From assembly GCA_002633005.1 (NCBI GenBank), contig NMRA01000004.1:870719-934718 (forward strand): a DNA stretch of 64,000 bases, in the 5' to 3' direction. The translations under genes were made by a program, and so were the position numbers. Of the stretch, positions 1-62,562 are shown piece after piece. The notes beneath the pieces are model-generated. The model had not been told where the DNA came from, did no database searches, and saw only the letters and a program-made list of their open reading frames with translations. Origin of the DNA: Phoronis australis (lineage: Eukaryota > Animalia > Phoronida). The stretch's first letter is position 1. Every line of letters starts with the position of its first letter.

Positions 1-1394
1 GGACTTCCACCCTTTCGCTTCACCTATTCTCACATCACCGCCGGCTGATTGGCACCAGCAATTGAACCTCTCTTTTATGGAGCAAAAACGTTTTTTTCAC
101 GAAAAACATTGTTTCTAATGTATTGACCTTAACATGCACAACTGCCCAATATTAGTTCAGTTCCTGTGGTTTCCTAACTTCAGGGCTTGGAATTTTCCTC
201 TTTTAAAAGGATTTCCTCTTTTTGGTTTAGATTTCCCCTTATTTGATTTCCAATTTCCTGTTTTTGTCTCTATTCATCATTATTTTGACTTTAGTTATGC
301 GAAAACGTTTACTTCAGTTAGATTTTACAACACAAAAATATTTATATTACACAAGCCCATTTATTTGTGTAACTATACGTCACTTGAAAAATTGTCCACT
401 TCTTTTCATCGGTCACTCCAAGCCCTGACTTTTGTTTTTATGCTATATACTGAATACAGGATTGGTATCCTTCCTACAGTGCAACAGAAGTACAGAGACA
501 GGAGTATTTTCTTTACCTGAACCACCCTTTGATCCCATTTCTGCCCAGGCTCTATATACAAGAAACGTTCATTGCTGGTCATGGATTGTAAATGTTAGAA
601 TTTGACAGTTTTAAGTTAGGAGACAAGATCATGCTTCCGATTCAACCTCTCCCTCCTTCATTTGAGATTGGATGCTCAAAGAGTACAAATATACATTCAC
701 TGTTAGTAAACCGAATCTGTCACAGCTGTGCTGGATGTTGTTCATGATCGAAATGATGAACATATGGGTTAAAAAGACACTTTTACACTTCCCTAGCGAT
801 ACATGTATAGCCATATCACGTACGATTACTTTATTTAAGTGTTCTCAACATGCCGTTCTGATAAAGGTGTCTGTTGAGTATGAGAGTATGACATTTTAGA
901 CTCAGTGAAATATATTTAAAATGCGAAAATAATAATTGGTAGTCATTTACTTAGCACTGCAAATTAGTAAGCACTTCGATAATTATTACCTGGCTATGAG
1001 CCCGGTCAATCTTAATACACTGTACTTCCCAATCTCAACTCTTTGGGAGCAAACAATAGGTGCAACCATTACAGGATGCTTTCTATATGATCACTTGGGG
1101 ATCCAATTAATTCCACAGTTGTCACAACGCAATACTACATCCATTTTAAGTTACATGAATATTGTTTCTAGTACCTTTATGGTTAATCTGTCAAAATTTA
1201 TAAGGAAAGCTTTCTCATAAGAGCCAGTGTCTAAATACTTTAGTTTTCTGAATGTTAAATAGTCTTTTTTGTTCAAACATCATTCTGCCTTTGTATATGT
1301 ACTTGGTGACTAGTATGGGCACGTGGCCTTTTATGTAAAGAATAAAGGATTTTTTATTATTAAAAAGTTATCCCAACGCCTAAGCAAGCCATAT

Positions 1395-2545
1395 AGTGTT
1401 TTCCATTAGAGGAACTTCGACTTACCGAAGCTTTTCCGAAACTTCGCTTACCTTTTCGACTAGTAGACAGCGATATCAAATTATCGATAGATGTAGATTC
1501 CGTCGTCGCAGTAGACACCAGACGGTGCAGATCATTCGTACTCTCAAACGAATATTGAGTAATGAGTTTGAGGCTGACTATAAATTGTTATCCTGCCTTT
1601 TACGAGTGCTTACGAAAGTGGTTAGTGTCATTCATCATCAGATATGCATTATTTTGTCTATTTACGTGCGTCTGGAGACCACGTCGGCTACGCAACTGTA
1701 ACAAACTCGCTGGTTCCCTGCGTGCTTAACCCAGCCTGCAGGCAGGTATATCGCAGTGGCACGCGCTTTAGCATTGGTAGATGTAACTTTGGCAGTCATT
1801 GGTTAGCTTTACAACATTGTGAAAAAATGGCGGACTGTGAGCGATTTTTAGCCTTGTCATGCAAGTGGGGTCGCAGCAACTATTTCGTTTCTGCAGTGAT
1901 GTTTAATAGCCGTGTGCTTGAAGCACATACATGTACAATAAACACATATCTGGCCGATTTAACCGGTGTGTTATTCATACTGTATGAATACAGGACACTA
2001 TCGTAAACAGAAGTCATCGACAGTCGCTGAAAGATGCATTCCGAAAAGTCGCAATCACAATTTCTAGCCTTCACATTTCCTGAACATAAATTTTAAGCAC
2101 CGATTTGTCTGTACGGCAGACCACATTTACACTTCAGTCTATCAGTCATGCCAGTTTTTTTGCGTAATGCGCTGCCTGTTGAGAATTCGACTTGCCAATT
2201 AGAAACGCCGGTGAAAAAAAAAATTACCGAGGAAAATTAAGTGATACCCGGTGCGTGCTGGCGCGGCTACCGCCCCACCTAGCGGCACGCGAGCTATAAC
2301 AAAGAGTACGTTTTGCGAGTCTCGCGTATACATGTACATGTATCGCTGCTGCGACCTCTACCGATAACTTCGACGAAGATTCGCTCTGATCGTTCCCACT
2401 ACACCGGAGTTTCGGTGAGTATCGAAACTTTGCTTTTGAATCCTACTGTTTTCAGCGAAATTTCTCATGCAAACTAACTATCGGCCCTTTCCCACTTACA
2501 AAAAACTTAGTAAAATAGAAGTTTCGCCTCTAATGGGAAAGCTCT
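1395..2545. mobile_element. Non-autonomous TIR DNA transposon (~1.15 kb), possibly PIF/Harbinger-like
   Basis: Left AGTGTTTTCCATTAGAGGAACTTCGA versus reverse complement of right AGAGCTTTCCCATTAGAGGCGAAACTTCTA; TA-rich flanks; no transposase ORF. Confidence 0.6.
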
Positions 2546-2619
2546 ATAACGACAGTGAATGTCCAGTCCTAGTCGATTTACAAATACTGCTCGTGGCTTA
2601 GTCGCAATTCTGAAGACTG

Positions 2620-2803
2620 TGTTTTAATGCAGTGATTTTAAAAATTCAACGAGTATTTTTTTTGGGTGAGACCTTCACGTTTTGAAGTCCGGACAACACT
2701 TTTGATCACTGTCCAGTTGGGGGGTGCGAAAGTCTGACGGGATAAATTCTGGCTAATACTCTGCCCTTCCCCTCCCCAAAATAAAATCCTGGATCTGCCC
2801 CTG
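2620..2803 (-). repeat. Interspersed repeat end, inverted copy of 62022-62210
   Basis: AAATTCTGGCTAATACTCTGCCC...AAAATCCTGGATCTGCCCCTG matches the reverse complement of CAGGGGCGGATCCAG...CAGGGCAAAGTATTAGCCAGGATTTT. Confidence 0.7.
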
Positions 2804-2934
2804 CTGTCCATTTGAATATGCAGTAGAGCTGGTTTTGAAAACCGACCAATTGTTAATTGCCCAATTGGTCCGGCCCGGATTACACAGCGGCACTCGAATT
2901 TCGAGGTCTATACCCACAATGCCGTATACATCCA

Positions 2935-3270
2935 TCCGGCACATTTGCTGCCTCGTTTTCGTCTCACTGGAGTTTCATATGTTATTTGTTGTTGTCCATT
3001 TCTTTACACGTTTTTCTCGGCAGTATTACTCTATTTGTCCTTCCAGTGCTAACGAAGTAGTACTGCTGTGCTGTGGGCTGCAACTCCGACGTGAAAAGTT
3101 TGAAAAACTGGACAAATGCCCGTGGATGCGTGATCTGAAATTCTTTGTCTTCCCGACATCAACGATCGAGACGCGAAAGTGTGTCTTATTTTTAAACCTA
3201 GGTCACGCGCTTTCTTGTGTCCTGCAGAAAGGGAATTTTATGACGCCCTGAAATCCGGGAGGGTCCTACA
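2935..3270 (+). repeat. Interspersed repeat copy 1 (paired with 44600-44925)
   Basis: Collinear similarity, e.g. GGAGTTTCATATGTTATTTGTTGTTGTC and GTGGATGCGTGATCTGAAATTCTT...CCGACATCAACGA. Confidence 0.75.
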
Positions 3271-5192
3271 TCTATTGGATACGAGAACGGGACAATCCGA
3301 GACCAATTCACAGCATGCTTTACATGTATCCAGGAAATGCTTGCGAGCTCATTCCAATAAATGTATTCCCTTGCTACAACTGCCATGGAATGTGTTTGCA
3401 CGCAATGTGTCATTGAGTGAGTGGTAAGATACAAAAAAAAGGAAACCTGCCATAAAAATCTAGCCCAACATTTCTGGTATTAAACATTTTATTCAAATAG
3501 TGCGTGTGCATAACAATCTTTAACAATTAACAACAAGTTATGAAATATTCTTACTTTATACAAGCAATAAGAGGCGATACTTCCGAATAATATTGGCACA
3601 AGTGATCACGAATTTTTGCAAAAACGCGCGCGCGTGTACACAGGAGTTCTCCGATTTTGTTATCAAACGTGTTATAAACCGTGAACATCAAAGATCATTT
3701 GGCCCTGCCTGGGCTGCGTTACGTGAGGCTAATAATTGACTACAAGTTGGACAAAATCACGCAAGTCTTCATGTCGCCATGCAAACAATCAAAGCCTGTG
3801 ATAACACAACCTTGCACTCGTGGATGTTTCAACTTAAATAACGGGCTCCAGGGTATCGTTCCGATTATCAAGTTTCTTGCAAAGAAAAACTAAGAACGGC
3901 AACTTTTTCGAAAATAATGCTCGTCACCTTACTAACAAAGCCTACCTAGCAAAATGGCGGCTAATGATGTTCCTGCATTTGGCCAGTAAGGTCGGAGCAT
4001 TCAGGCATGAATATAATTATAAACTTCATGGAGGGTATAGAGTTCAATGTTTTCGCGTCCTAATCGAAGGTTTATCGCCGTCCGTGCATGAGTAGTGCAC
4101 TGAAATTGGCAAGGCAGCCCTAGCACGCGTCTCCACTTGCCGCAAATGCAGTGCACATGTGCGTCGATTGTTTTTCAAAAAATATAACAAGTGCTGAACA
4201 AAGGCTGAAATCAGAGAGGCTCAAGCTTGCATAGATAACTTTAAACAAACATTAGACTACAAAGAAATGAAGATGTCTCTTCACTAGCGAGCACAAATCC
4301 TTACGGATTCATGGAATAAACGAACATGTTTAAAATAATCCTAAAAAGGATTCCAAACACAATTGAACGAACGGATTTAAACGTAAATTTCCTCTTTGAA
4401 AGTTAATACCTGGTGTTGCAAAGATTGTCCATTTGAATTTTTGCCAGACTAAACATAAATCAATAAGCGAATAAAGGAAAGGCTAAAAATCGTAAAAACA
4501 GAAACCAACACAACAGCCTAACGGACGGATATCAGCGTCTAAATAAACACGTGAGTTAATATATTCTCGTATAAAGATTCAGCATCAATAATTATCACAA
4601 CTTCCACCAATAAATAGCACTTTTTTATCTGTCTGCTACTTCTCCACCCATGCCAATGCATGTAAATCCTTGGCCTATGTTCCATCTCTCGGTAATGTCA
4701 GCCCATCATGATAAGCAATTTATTCAACGCGGAGCTACTGTGCAGGTGCGTATACTGAAAATTTTAGAATTGAATGCCCCATTTCGCTTTTTTGTATTAT
4801 AACCTGGGTAAACTGTTCCCTCAGAATCCCTGGTATAGAAATAGGGGGCGCTCATTCGGTAAAAGCAAACATGTGTTCGCACAGCCACAGACCAAAAACG
4901 ACTGTGCTTCATGGTAAAAGTTGGCTGTGTTTTCTCAAGTAGAATTTTTTACGGAGTTCCCTTATTTTGCTCAACTAGAGGCACACATATTTAGTAGGAA
5001 ACTGAAGTGTATACGTCAATTAAACGTACACGAACTAACCTCAGCAAACCTGTTCAGTGAGTCACCTACTGTACTTTTAGATATTCGCTTAACTTGTTTC
5101 CGGTCATGGAGTGTCTATATGGTTGTATTAGTTTGTGAACGGATTGACTAGCCGTAACAGCGTTTACATGTACCTCAAATGGCTTCCAAACT

Positions 5193-55980
<50,788 letters not shown>

Positions 55981-57318
55981 CTTTATTTTAATATAAAGTA
56001 TTATATATCCCTTCGATATACTCCCAGTCACGATATCATGGTGCCACTGCGATGTTCTTTATGCCGGCTTATTTCCTGTTACCGAAAATGTACAAACCAA
56101 CGGTTGTGCTCTTGAAATGAGAAAGATACGTGATCACTCCCCGAAGGTGCGGCGACTCAACGCGTAGCGTGCTGACAATGCCTTCGTGAATGAAAAATAC
56201 TCGACTCCCTAGTGTTTGATGAAAGATTAACCGAGGTACAGAGCGAGATGTTGCCTGTTGTTTAGCAAGGGTGTCTTTTTGTTTACTTAGGAAACCCTGC
56301 AATAAGCCAATAATACCCTGTCGGTTGTCTCATGTGTTGCGCGGCTGATTTCAAAAATGATAGACCAATAAATGACTACAGCAACTGTTGAAAGGGCTTT
56401 TGACTTTTCACCACTGGACAAACACGCGCAAAACAAGAATGCCTTTATTTCCTGACCGATAACAAAAAGCTTAGAAATAACTTACCTTTTATTATGATTC
56501 AATCAGTCGCTCATTTAACGTTTTTTAAACACCAAATTCCATACCTGTGATTGTTCTTAATTAAAGGAAAACAAAGGGGGTCGGCAGGCTCTTCCCTGGT
56601 TTCTATATTCCCCGTACCTAATTTCCTCAGTCACCCGATATTCCTCAGGCCTTTTGCTCTCTCGGCCCTACATGAATGTGCCCCCTCCTCGATGTTCGTT
56701 ATACTTGTCAATTCAATTCTACATTAAAGGCTGATATTTTGGCGCGCCTCAGATGCATTAGCCTCGGCGTGTGCGCCGGAACGCCGAACAAAACAACTTT
56801 ACATTTATACGATTGGCCGGGATCCTTACGCGCTTTTCAGCCGTAGGCCCACTTAAGCGTCAGATAAGATAATTAACCCAAAACAATTGACTCTCGATAG
56901 AAATTATTGGTAAGGCCGGGGGAGCAAAAGGTCGCTTGGGAGAACATGGGGGCGGAGGAATATTGAGGCGAAGGATCAGGGAACAGAGTAACGGACCCAA
57001 ATAAAAAGTATAAAAATTAGTAATACAACAAAATGATCTGTTTCCATTGGTGACAGAGTTGAAATTGGCTGTCGCCGGTTCGCGAGCATCACGGGTGAAA
57101 TCACGCTTCAACTATTGCCATGCAGATTAAACACACGCCGGAAGGAAATGCTCGCTGAAGAACCATTTGTGAAAATTCTTCTCGGGGGTCAGGGGAGCCA
57201 GATATGAGACAACATTATTAAAAAGTGGAATAAAACAAAAAGGAAATTGGGAGCATAAAACACGGTAATGATATTGAAAAAGCCTCAAAGAAACTGGTAT
57301 CACAGATATTGAGAATAG

Positions 57319-57404
57319 TAGTATTAGTGGTCACCTGTTGGGTGCCCGTAGTTGGGGCCACTAGTATTAGTGGTCACCTGTTGGGTGCCCGTAGTTGGGG
57401 CCAC
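57319..57404 (+). repeat. 43-bp perfect tandem duplication
   Basis: TAGTATTAGTGGTCACCTGTTGGGTGCCCGTAGTTGGGGCCAC x2. Confidence 0.92.
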
Positions 57405-58442
57405 CAGGAAGTGGGAAAAGGTGTCGGCCTGCAACGACACGCAAAGCTGGTGTTGACCGTAGCGCGAGCGTCAACATTTTTCAAGTTTCGGTAAAATTCT
57501 TATCATATACCCCTCCACAACGACAAAATCAAGGTACGCCTTTGAGAGTTACGATGCAAACTTTGTCGTAAAAGAAGTCGAAAAATGTAGAAGCAAGTAA
57601 TATGTCGTTACCAAGCTTAGAGATGACTAGCCATTTTCTTCCAGAAAATCGCATACAAACCTTGCATAATCTCCCAAACAGCACCAACCGCAGCACAATA
57701 ATCTCGGTCCCTGAAGCTGAGTGACTCTTTTTACAAATAAACTTCTGCTCTGCAGACAATCTTATTTTATTTTAATTGATTTTTGTTGGAGTACGTCACT
57801 TTCTGCTCAACTAAATATTTTGTAAATCTGAACCAAATATTTAGCAGACCCACTCGACGTGTTGCAGCTATCACAAATAAAACACGTTTACGTTATCGGA
57901 AGTCATTTATTCACGAATCTCCCAAAACATTAAAAGCAAATATTTATAAAAAACTGCAGCTTTATATGTGTAAATTTGTTAAGTTGCTTACTTATTCAAA
58001 AAACACATTAAATTACGTAACCTCATCACGTGATATGTAAATCACAGACAACAGGAATACCATCGTGCAACAAAACAACAGTGTTGGCACTGTAAAAAGC
58101 ACTGTAGGTCAGTAAAACACAGGCCGCGTTTTTTATTTGAAACTCCCAAATTAGAGACGAGCTGCCAAAAAGCAATTCATGCCATCACTTAGCGCCATCT
58201 ATTGACTGGTATCGGTCCTCCTCGGACTGTCGCTGAATTCTCGGACCATAGGATATGGAACGTACCAGTTTAGCAAAGACGAGACTTCTTGGCCCAGAAA
58301 AAGTCCCTAGATTCCTAACTTGCCTGCAACGCATTAACATACAGTGGATGTGCCAAAATTTGACTTGAGTTCGGTGTTTGACCAGAAAACTCGAAAAGAA
58401 TTATAAAGGAACGTTCACAAAAATATTTATACTTCATATTCT

Positions 58443-59497
58443 CTACAGAGTCGTGGTGCTAATTACGTTTTCAGTTGGAATAACTTCTTTTTCAATATCT
58501 TTGTCGTAACGGTCACCGTGGAGATGCGCTATTACTTGCATAATTATATATAAGACAGCAAGCAGTGCGCAGTAGCCCACCATGATGTACATAAGTGTGG
58601 GTGGGCCGTAATATTCGAACATGTATCCCGTGAGCCACTGGTAAATGAAACCACCTGTGGCGCCACCTAGAAACAGTACGGAAATGGCCAGTCCAGTCAT
58701 AGTTAAGTATCGGTCCGACCACAACACCCCAGTAGGAAATACTGGCGAAATGAAAAATCCGGCGAAAAATGAACAAACCCAGATAACATATGGGCTTAAT
58801 TCCCAGCATGCACACAGCACAGAAAAAGTAGCGACACTTCCGGTAATAATACATGGTACCATTATTTTTGGCGACACCCAGTGCGCTAAGATTATGGATA
58901 TAAAACGACCAACCATGAAACCGGCCCAAAAGATTGAATTTAAGAAAATTGCATCGTCTTGGCTGAATTTTAAGCTAGATTCCTTTGCAAACGAAGCGAT
59001 GAATTTCCCATAGGCGCGCTCACCGCCGACAACGTTAATGTAAAATTTGAAAAGAAAAATAAACATGACACAACCAAACAGCAGGCTCCCATTTGCGCAT
59101 GACGCCGGAGACACGATGTCGAGAAATGCTTTGCAGCGGTCCTGCGATTGGTAGCGGGTATCATCTTCCTCTACGGCGTTGTCATCTTCCTTCGACGATA
59201 TCGTTTCATATTTTCGTTTAATGACTTGAAACACGAAAAACAAAACACCTGTGCACATGGTCACGGCTCCGATTATTAGATAGGGTATTTCGATGTGCGA
59301 TTCACTATAGGCCGCGAACGAAGATGGCGAAACAATAGCAGACTCATTAGTGGGCATTGTTGTTGTGTTCGATGTTGCCAAGAACGGCCTCGCTAGATAA
59401 GGCGATAAAAAAGCTCCCACTCCAAATCCGAAGTGAATAGACTGCACTGGAGATGGCGCATTCGTTCCCCACATTTGCAGCAATAGCGCGTTTCCAC
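58443..59497 (-). CDS. MFS transporter exon 3 (to stop)
   Basis: TTTTCAG|GT GGA AAC; contains ORF 58443..59483; ends VISTTTL-TAG. Confidence 0.92.
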
Positions 59498-62400
59498 CTG
59501 AAAATACGAGACGTGTTAGAATAAGACCTCGCTGTCGACGAATTCAATTTTCTGTGCACCCAATTAGATTAAGTTACAGTATTTAGTTACATGTACTTTT
59601 AGCACTTCGCTTTACAGGTGGATATTAACTGCACAGCGACTAATGCGTAGATATGCTCACTTCAATGAATAGATTGAACAAATTGCTGACTCAGTTGAAC
59701 TAACCTGTGTCGAGAAACCCTTCGCACCAGCCCACGATGTGGAAGACCACGCCCACCAATATCAAATCAGGCAGCAAAGGTGTAATTCCCGTACAAATAC
59801 CCGCTACCACTAATGAACAACCCAAAATGATATCCACGTGCCAAGGAAACACGTCCTTCAGAAAACCTCCAACGAGCGACCCAAGAAAATAACCAGCACT
59901 TCTCGCTGATAGCACTCGCGATATTTCTTCGTAGTTCACGCTCAGACCGTTTTTCAGGTCGGTTAGAGTTGGTCCTGCGATTTCCAGGAAGAATCCCTGA
60001 AATGTAACCAGTTCTAATAGAAAAAGCGTCGAAAAAGTAGCCGTAAAATAATATCTAAACAAAAATATACTCCACTTTAATACGACTTATGTGTTGCATC
60101 AAAATTGAGTGCCACCCCCAGAACCACTCCATCCCCCGACAATGAACAGTAAATAAATATATTACGTACTCGCCTATACCTATTGCCGGTGAGAGTAGTG
60201 CGACACTGGAAAGAATAAATGGCCTACTAAAGGGAAGATGTGCGGATATGTATACAGTGTATTCACTATGGACCTCGGCACAAGGTTCATACCATTCTGT
60301 GCATACATGCGCTTTCGGGGATTTCAACTGCATTAAGGTAAATGCAAATCTTGGCGTATTCTTTAAAAAGACTCAGTACTCGCAGATTGTTTTATATGGT
60401 ACCTGTACGCTTATCAATGTCAATTTGTTGCCATCAGATACTATACGATTATTTTTTAACTTCGAATTGTGTGCTATTCATTATTTGCACGAATTCGCTA
60501 TTATTCTTGAAACGAGGCGTTGTGTCCAAACTGCAATTGGTTCTGCATGTTTGGAACACACGCCCTTTTGCGTTTGCGCTGCTAAAATTGATGTGAAAAC
60601 AAGGCATTGCGTCTTAAATAACAATGCCTAGTAATCATTGCTGAAGCGCTACTAAAGTGCACAAGTAGCTACAGTATAAGCATCCAAACGCACGGAAAAA
60701 TTGGTCTTGTAATCTCTTAGTACGTCGCACATGGGCGGCGCAGCACTGAAAAAAGTGGTGGGGGGCTAAAGCTCCCTCAGTCCCCCTGTGGTGGACTGCC
60801 TATAGACCATGTGCGGCATAGCACTGAAAAAGTGGAAGGCTATACCCCCAGCCCCCTATGGTGCGCCGCCCATGTCGCAAGGAGACAAAATGAGCTTTGT
60901 AGGTTGCACCTGTTTGATTTGCAATATTCGATGGTGAATCAGTCGAAATACATTTATCTGACTTTGTCGATGGGATCTTGAGTTCTCTGTCACCTATAAG
61001 CCGTTACAATCGGAAATGTTTCAATCACATATACTCATCTGTATGGGTTCTCACTCAAACTTTCTGATTCACGTTTGTGTTGACAAGTGATCATTTCTTT
61101 CTGTGAGCGATTACTAAACAGTACAGCAAAAATAGAAATCTAAACAATCAATTTCTTAAGCTAATTATATGATTTACTTTCACTTATTATCATCGTTTTT
61201 GATTGGAATCCCTGATCTCACAAATAGCGTATAGTTTGCAAGTCAGACCGGGTATGATTTGGCCCATACCAGGGGATAGTACATGTACGTCCCTCCCACC
61301 CCCCCCCCCTCCCCCCAACTAACACACACCCAACTTCCGTCATTTTGAGAAATCACGTGATTTCAAACTGAAAAAACAAAAACAGTGCCCGATTTATAAT
61401 GAACCCCAACTGCCTGTCACGGGATACCTGAAAGCACAAAAACCATTCATAGCAACTTTCACCTGGTATTTTGTCCTTTGCGTTTGGCCGCATAATTTCG
61501 GAATCCGAGATGAAGCCGGTTAAGTAAAACACCGAGACAGCTGGAGTACTCTTTACAAAAAAATTTAATTTGACGCCTGTACCAGGCATCTAACTTTACA
61601 TGACGCCATATGTTCCCTTTGCAGAGCAGCAAAAAGCAGCGTCGTTTTTCTTTTGCTAACAAGAAAAGGCAAAACTGAATTGATTGAAGTCAATCCCACC
61701 TGCTGGAGGAAAAACATGTATTGTGGGAACACGTTCGGATTGATGGCCGGCGGAAAGGCTTGGATGGTTGGGTGAAGTTGACTTTTTGACCATTGCTACA
61801 CAACAGCAAAAATCCGCTAAGTGTTTTTGATCTTATTACAAATCACCAATTTTCACAATTTTCTGCCAGTCATTCGCTGAAATCAAGATTGTCAATTACT
61901 TTCACGAATTAAATACGCTCAAAACAGGGTCCCACTGAAAGTTCAGTTTAGCTCGCCGGCATTGATAGCAGTGTTCTGGCGATCCGCAGAGATTGAAAGT
62001 TCGATGTCACCTTGTGTTTGACAGGGGCGGATCCAGAATTTTGGGATACGGGGGGCCAGGGCAAAGTATTAGCCAGGATTTTGCATGTCAGAAAGTTGCA
62101 CCCCCGAACTGCCAAATGGAATCAGTGAAATTTTTAGAGGGCCATGCTCTCCTTGACTGAACCCCCTTAAACTCGCCACCGTTTGATTCTTGAAAATAAA
62201 TCACATTTCTGCTCCAGTGTGTCACTTAAATGGTAAAAAAGAACATTTGGGTTTTCTTTTCCTGCCTAAGCCGTTTTGACTAGCACCTCAATTAATCTGA
62301 AGTCAGTTTAAACATGCAATGCACACATCACTGAGGAATTTCATACACGAACTACATGTATAGTAAATATAAAAAATTGCGGCCGGGATTACCACCACCG

Positions 62401-62562
62401 CCTTTCTGTACTCGTACAATTAACGCTCAGTTCACTTGCCATACAGATCCAGATCAAGACCATGCTGATCGTTTTTATAACCCGGTACACCGTGTAACCC
62501 TCTTGAGGAGAAACAGTATCCGCGGGGTCTCTCCGCTGCAAGCTTTTCTCCGAGGTATCCAT
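58443..62562 (-). CDS. MFSD4B: MFS transporter, sodium-dependent glucose transporter 1 (MFSD4/NaGLT1)-like; 3 coding exons, ~489 aa
   Basis: Exons 62562-62440, 59996-59705, 59497-58443 sum to 1470 nt. Family motifs GPTLxDL, GFLDTGGNALLLQMWG, QSIHFGFGVGAFLSP, VGGERAYG, FWAGFMVGRF; about 12 hydrophobic segments. The family call is firm; exact orthology is not. Confidence 0.85.
59705..59996 (-). CDS. MFS transporter exon 2
   Basis: TTTCAG|GFFLEIAGPTLTDLK...EGFLDT G|GTTAGT; 292 nt, phase 0-1. Confidence 0.9.
60730..60874. mobile_element. MITE with 13-bp TIR and 5-bp TSD
   Basis: TCGCA|CATGGGCGGCGCA ... TGCGCCGCCCATG|TCGCA. Confidence 0.85.
62022..62210 (+). repeat. Interspersed repeat (CAGGGGCGGATCCAG-terminal MITE-like family)
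   Basis: Homologous to 2620-2803 in inverted orientation. Confidence 0.65.
62440..62562 (-). CDS. MFS transporter exon 1
   Basis: MDTSEKSLQRRDPADTVSPQEGYTVYRVIKTISMVLIWICM|GCAAGT; in-frame TGA upstream of ATG; joins GFFLEIAGPTL to complete TM1. Confidence 0.75.

Noticed and set aside
134-620. ORF 134-520 and a Lys-rich minus-strand frame with a donor near 516
   Set aside because: Low complexity with stops and no recognisable domain; cannot be judged at the window edge.
3488-4724. Candidate AATAAA poly(A) signals for the mucin gene (4719-4724, 3488-3493, minus strand)
   Set aside because: The hexamer is common in AT-rich DNA; cannot choose between sites without 3'-end data.
57319-57404. Direct repeats here and at 19301-19366 as possible CRISPR arrays
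   Set aside because: Head-to-tail duplications without spacers, eukaryotic context, no cas genes.
58513-59164. Overlapping ORFs 58513-58929, 58645-59013 and 58970-59164
   Set aside because: Alternate frames or antisense of MFS exon 3.
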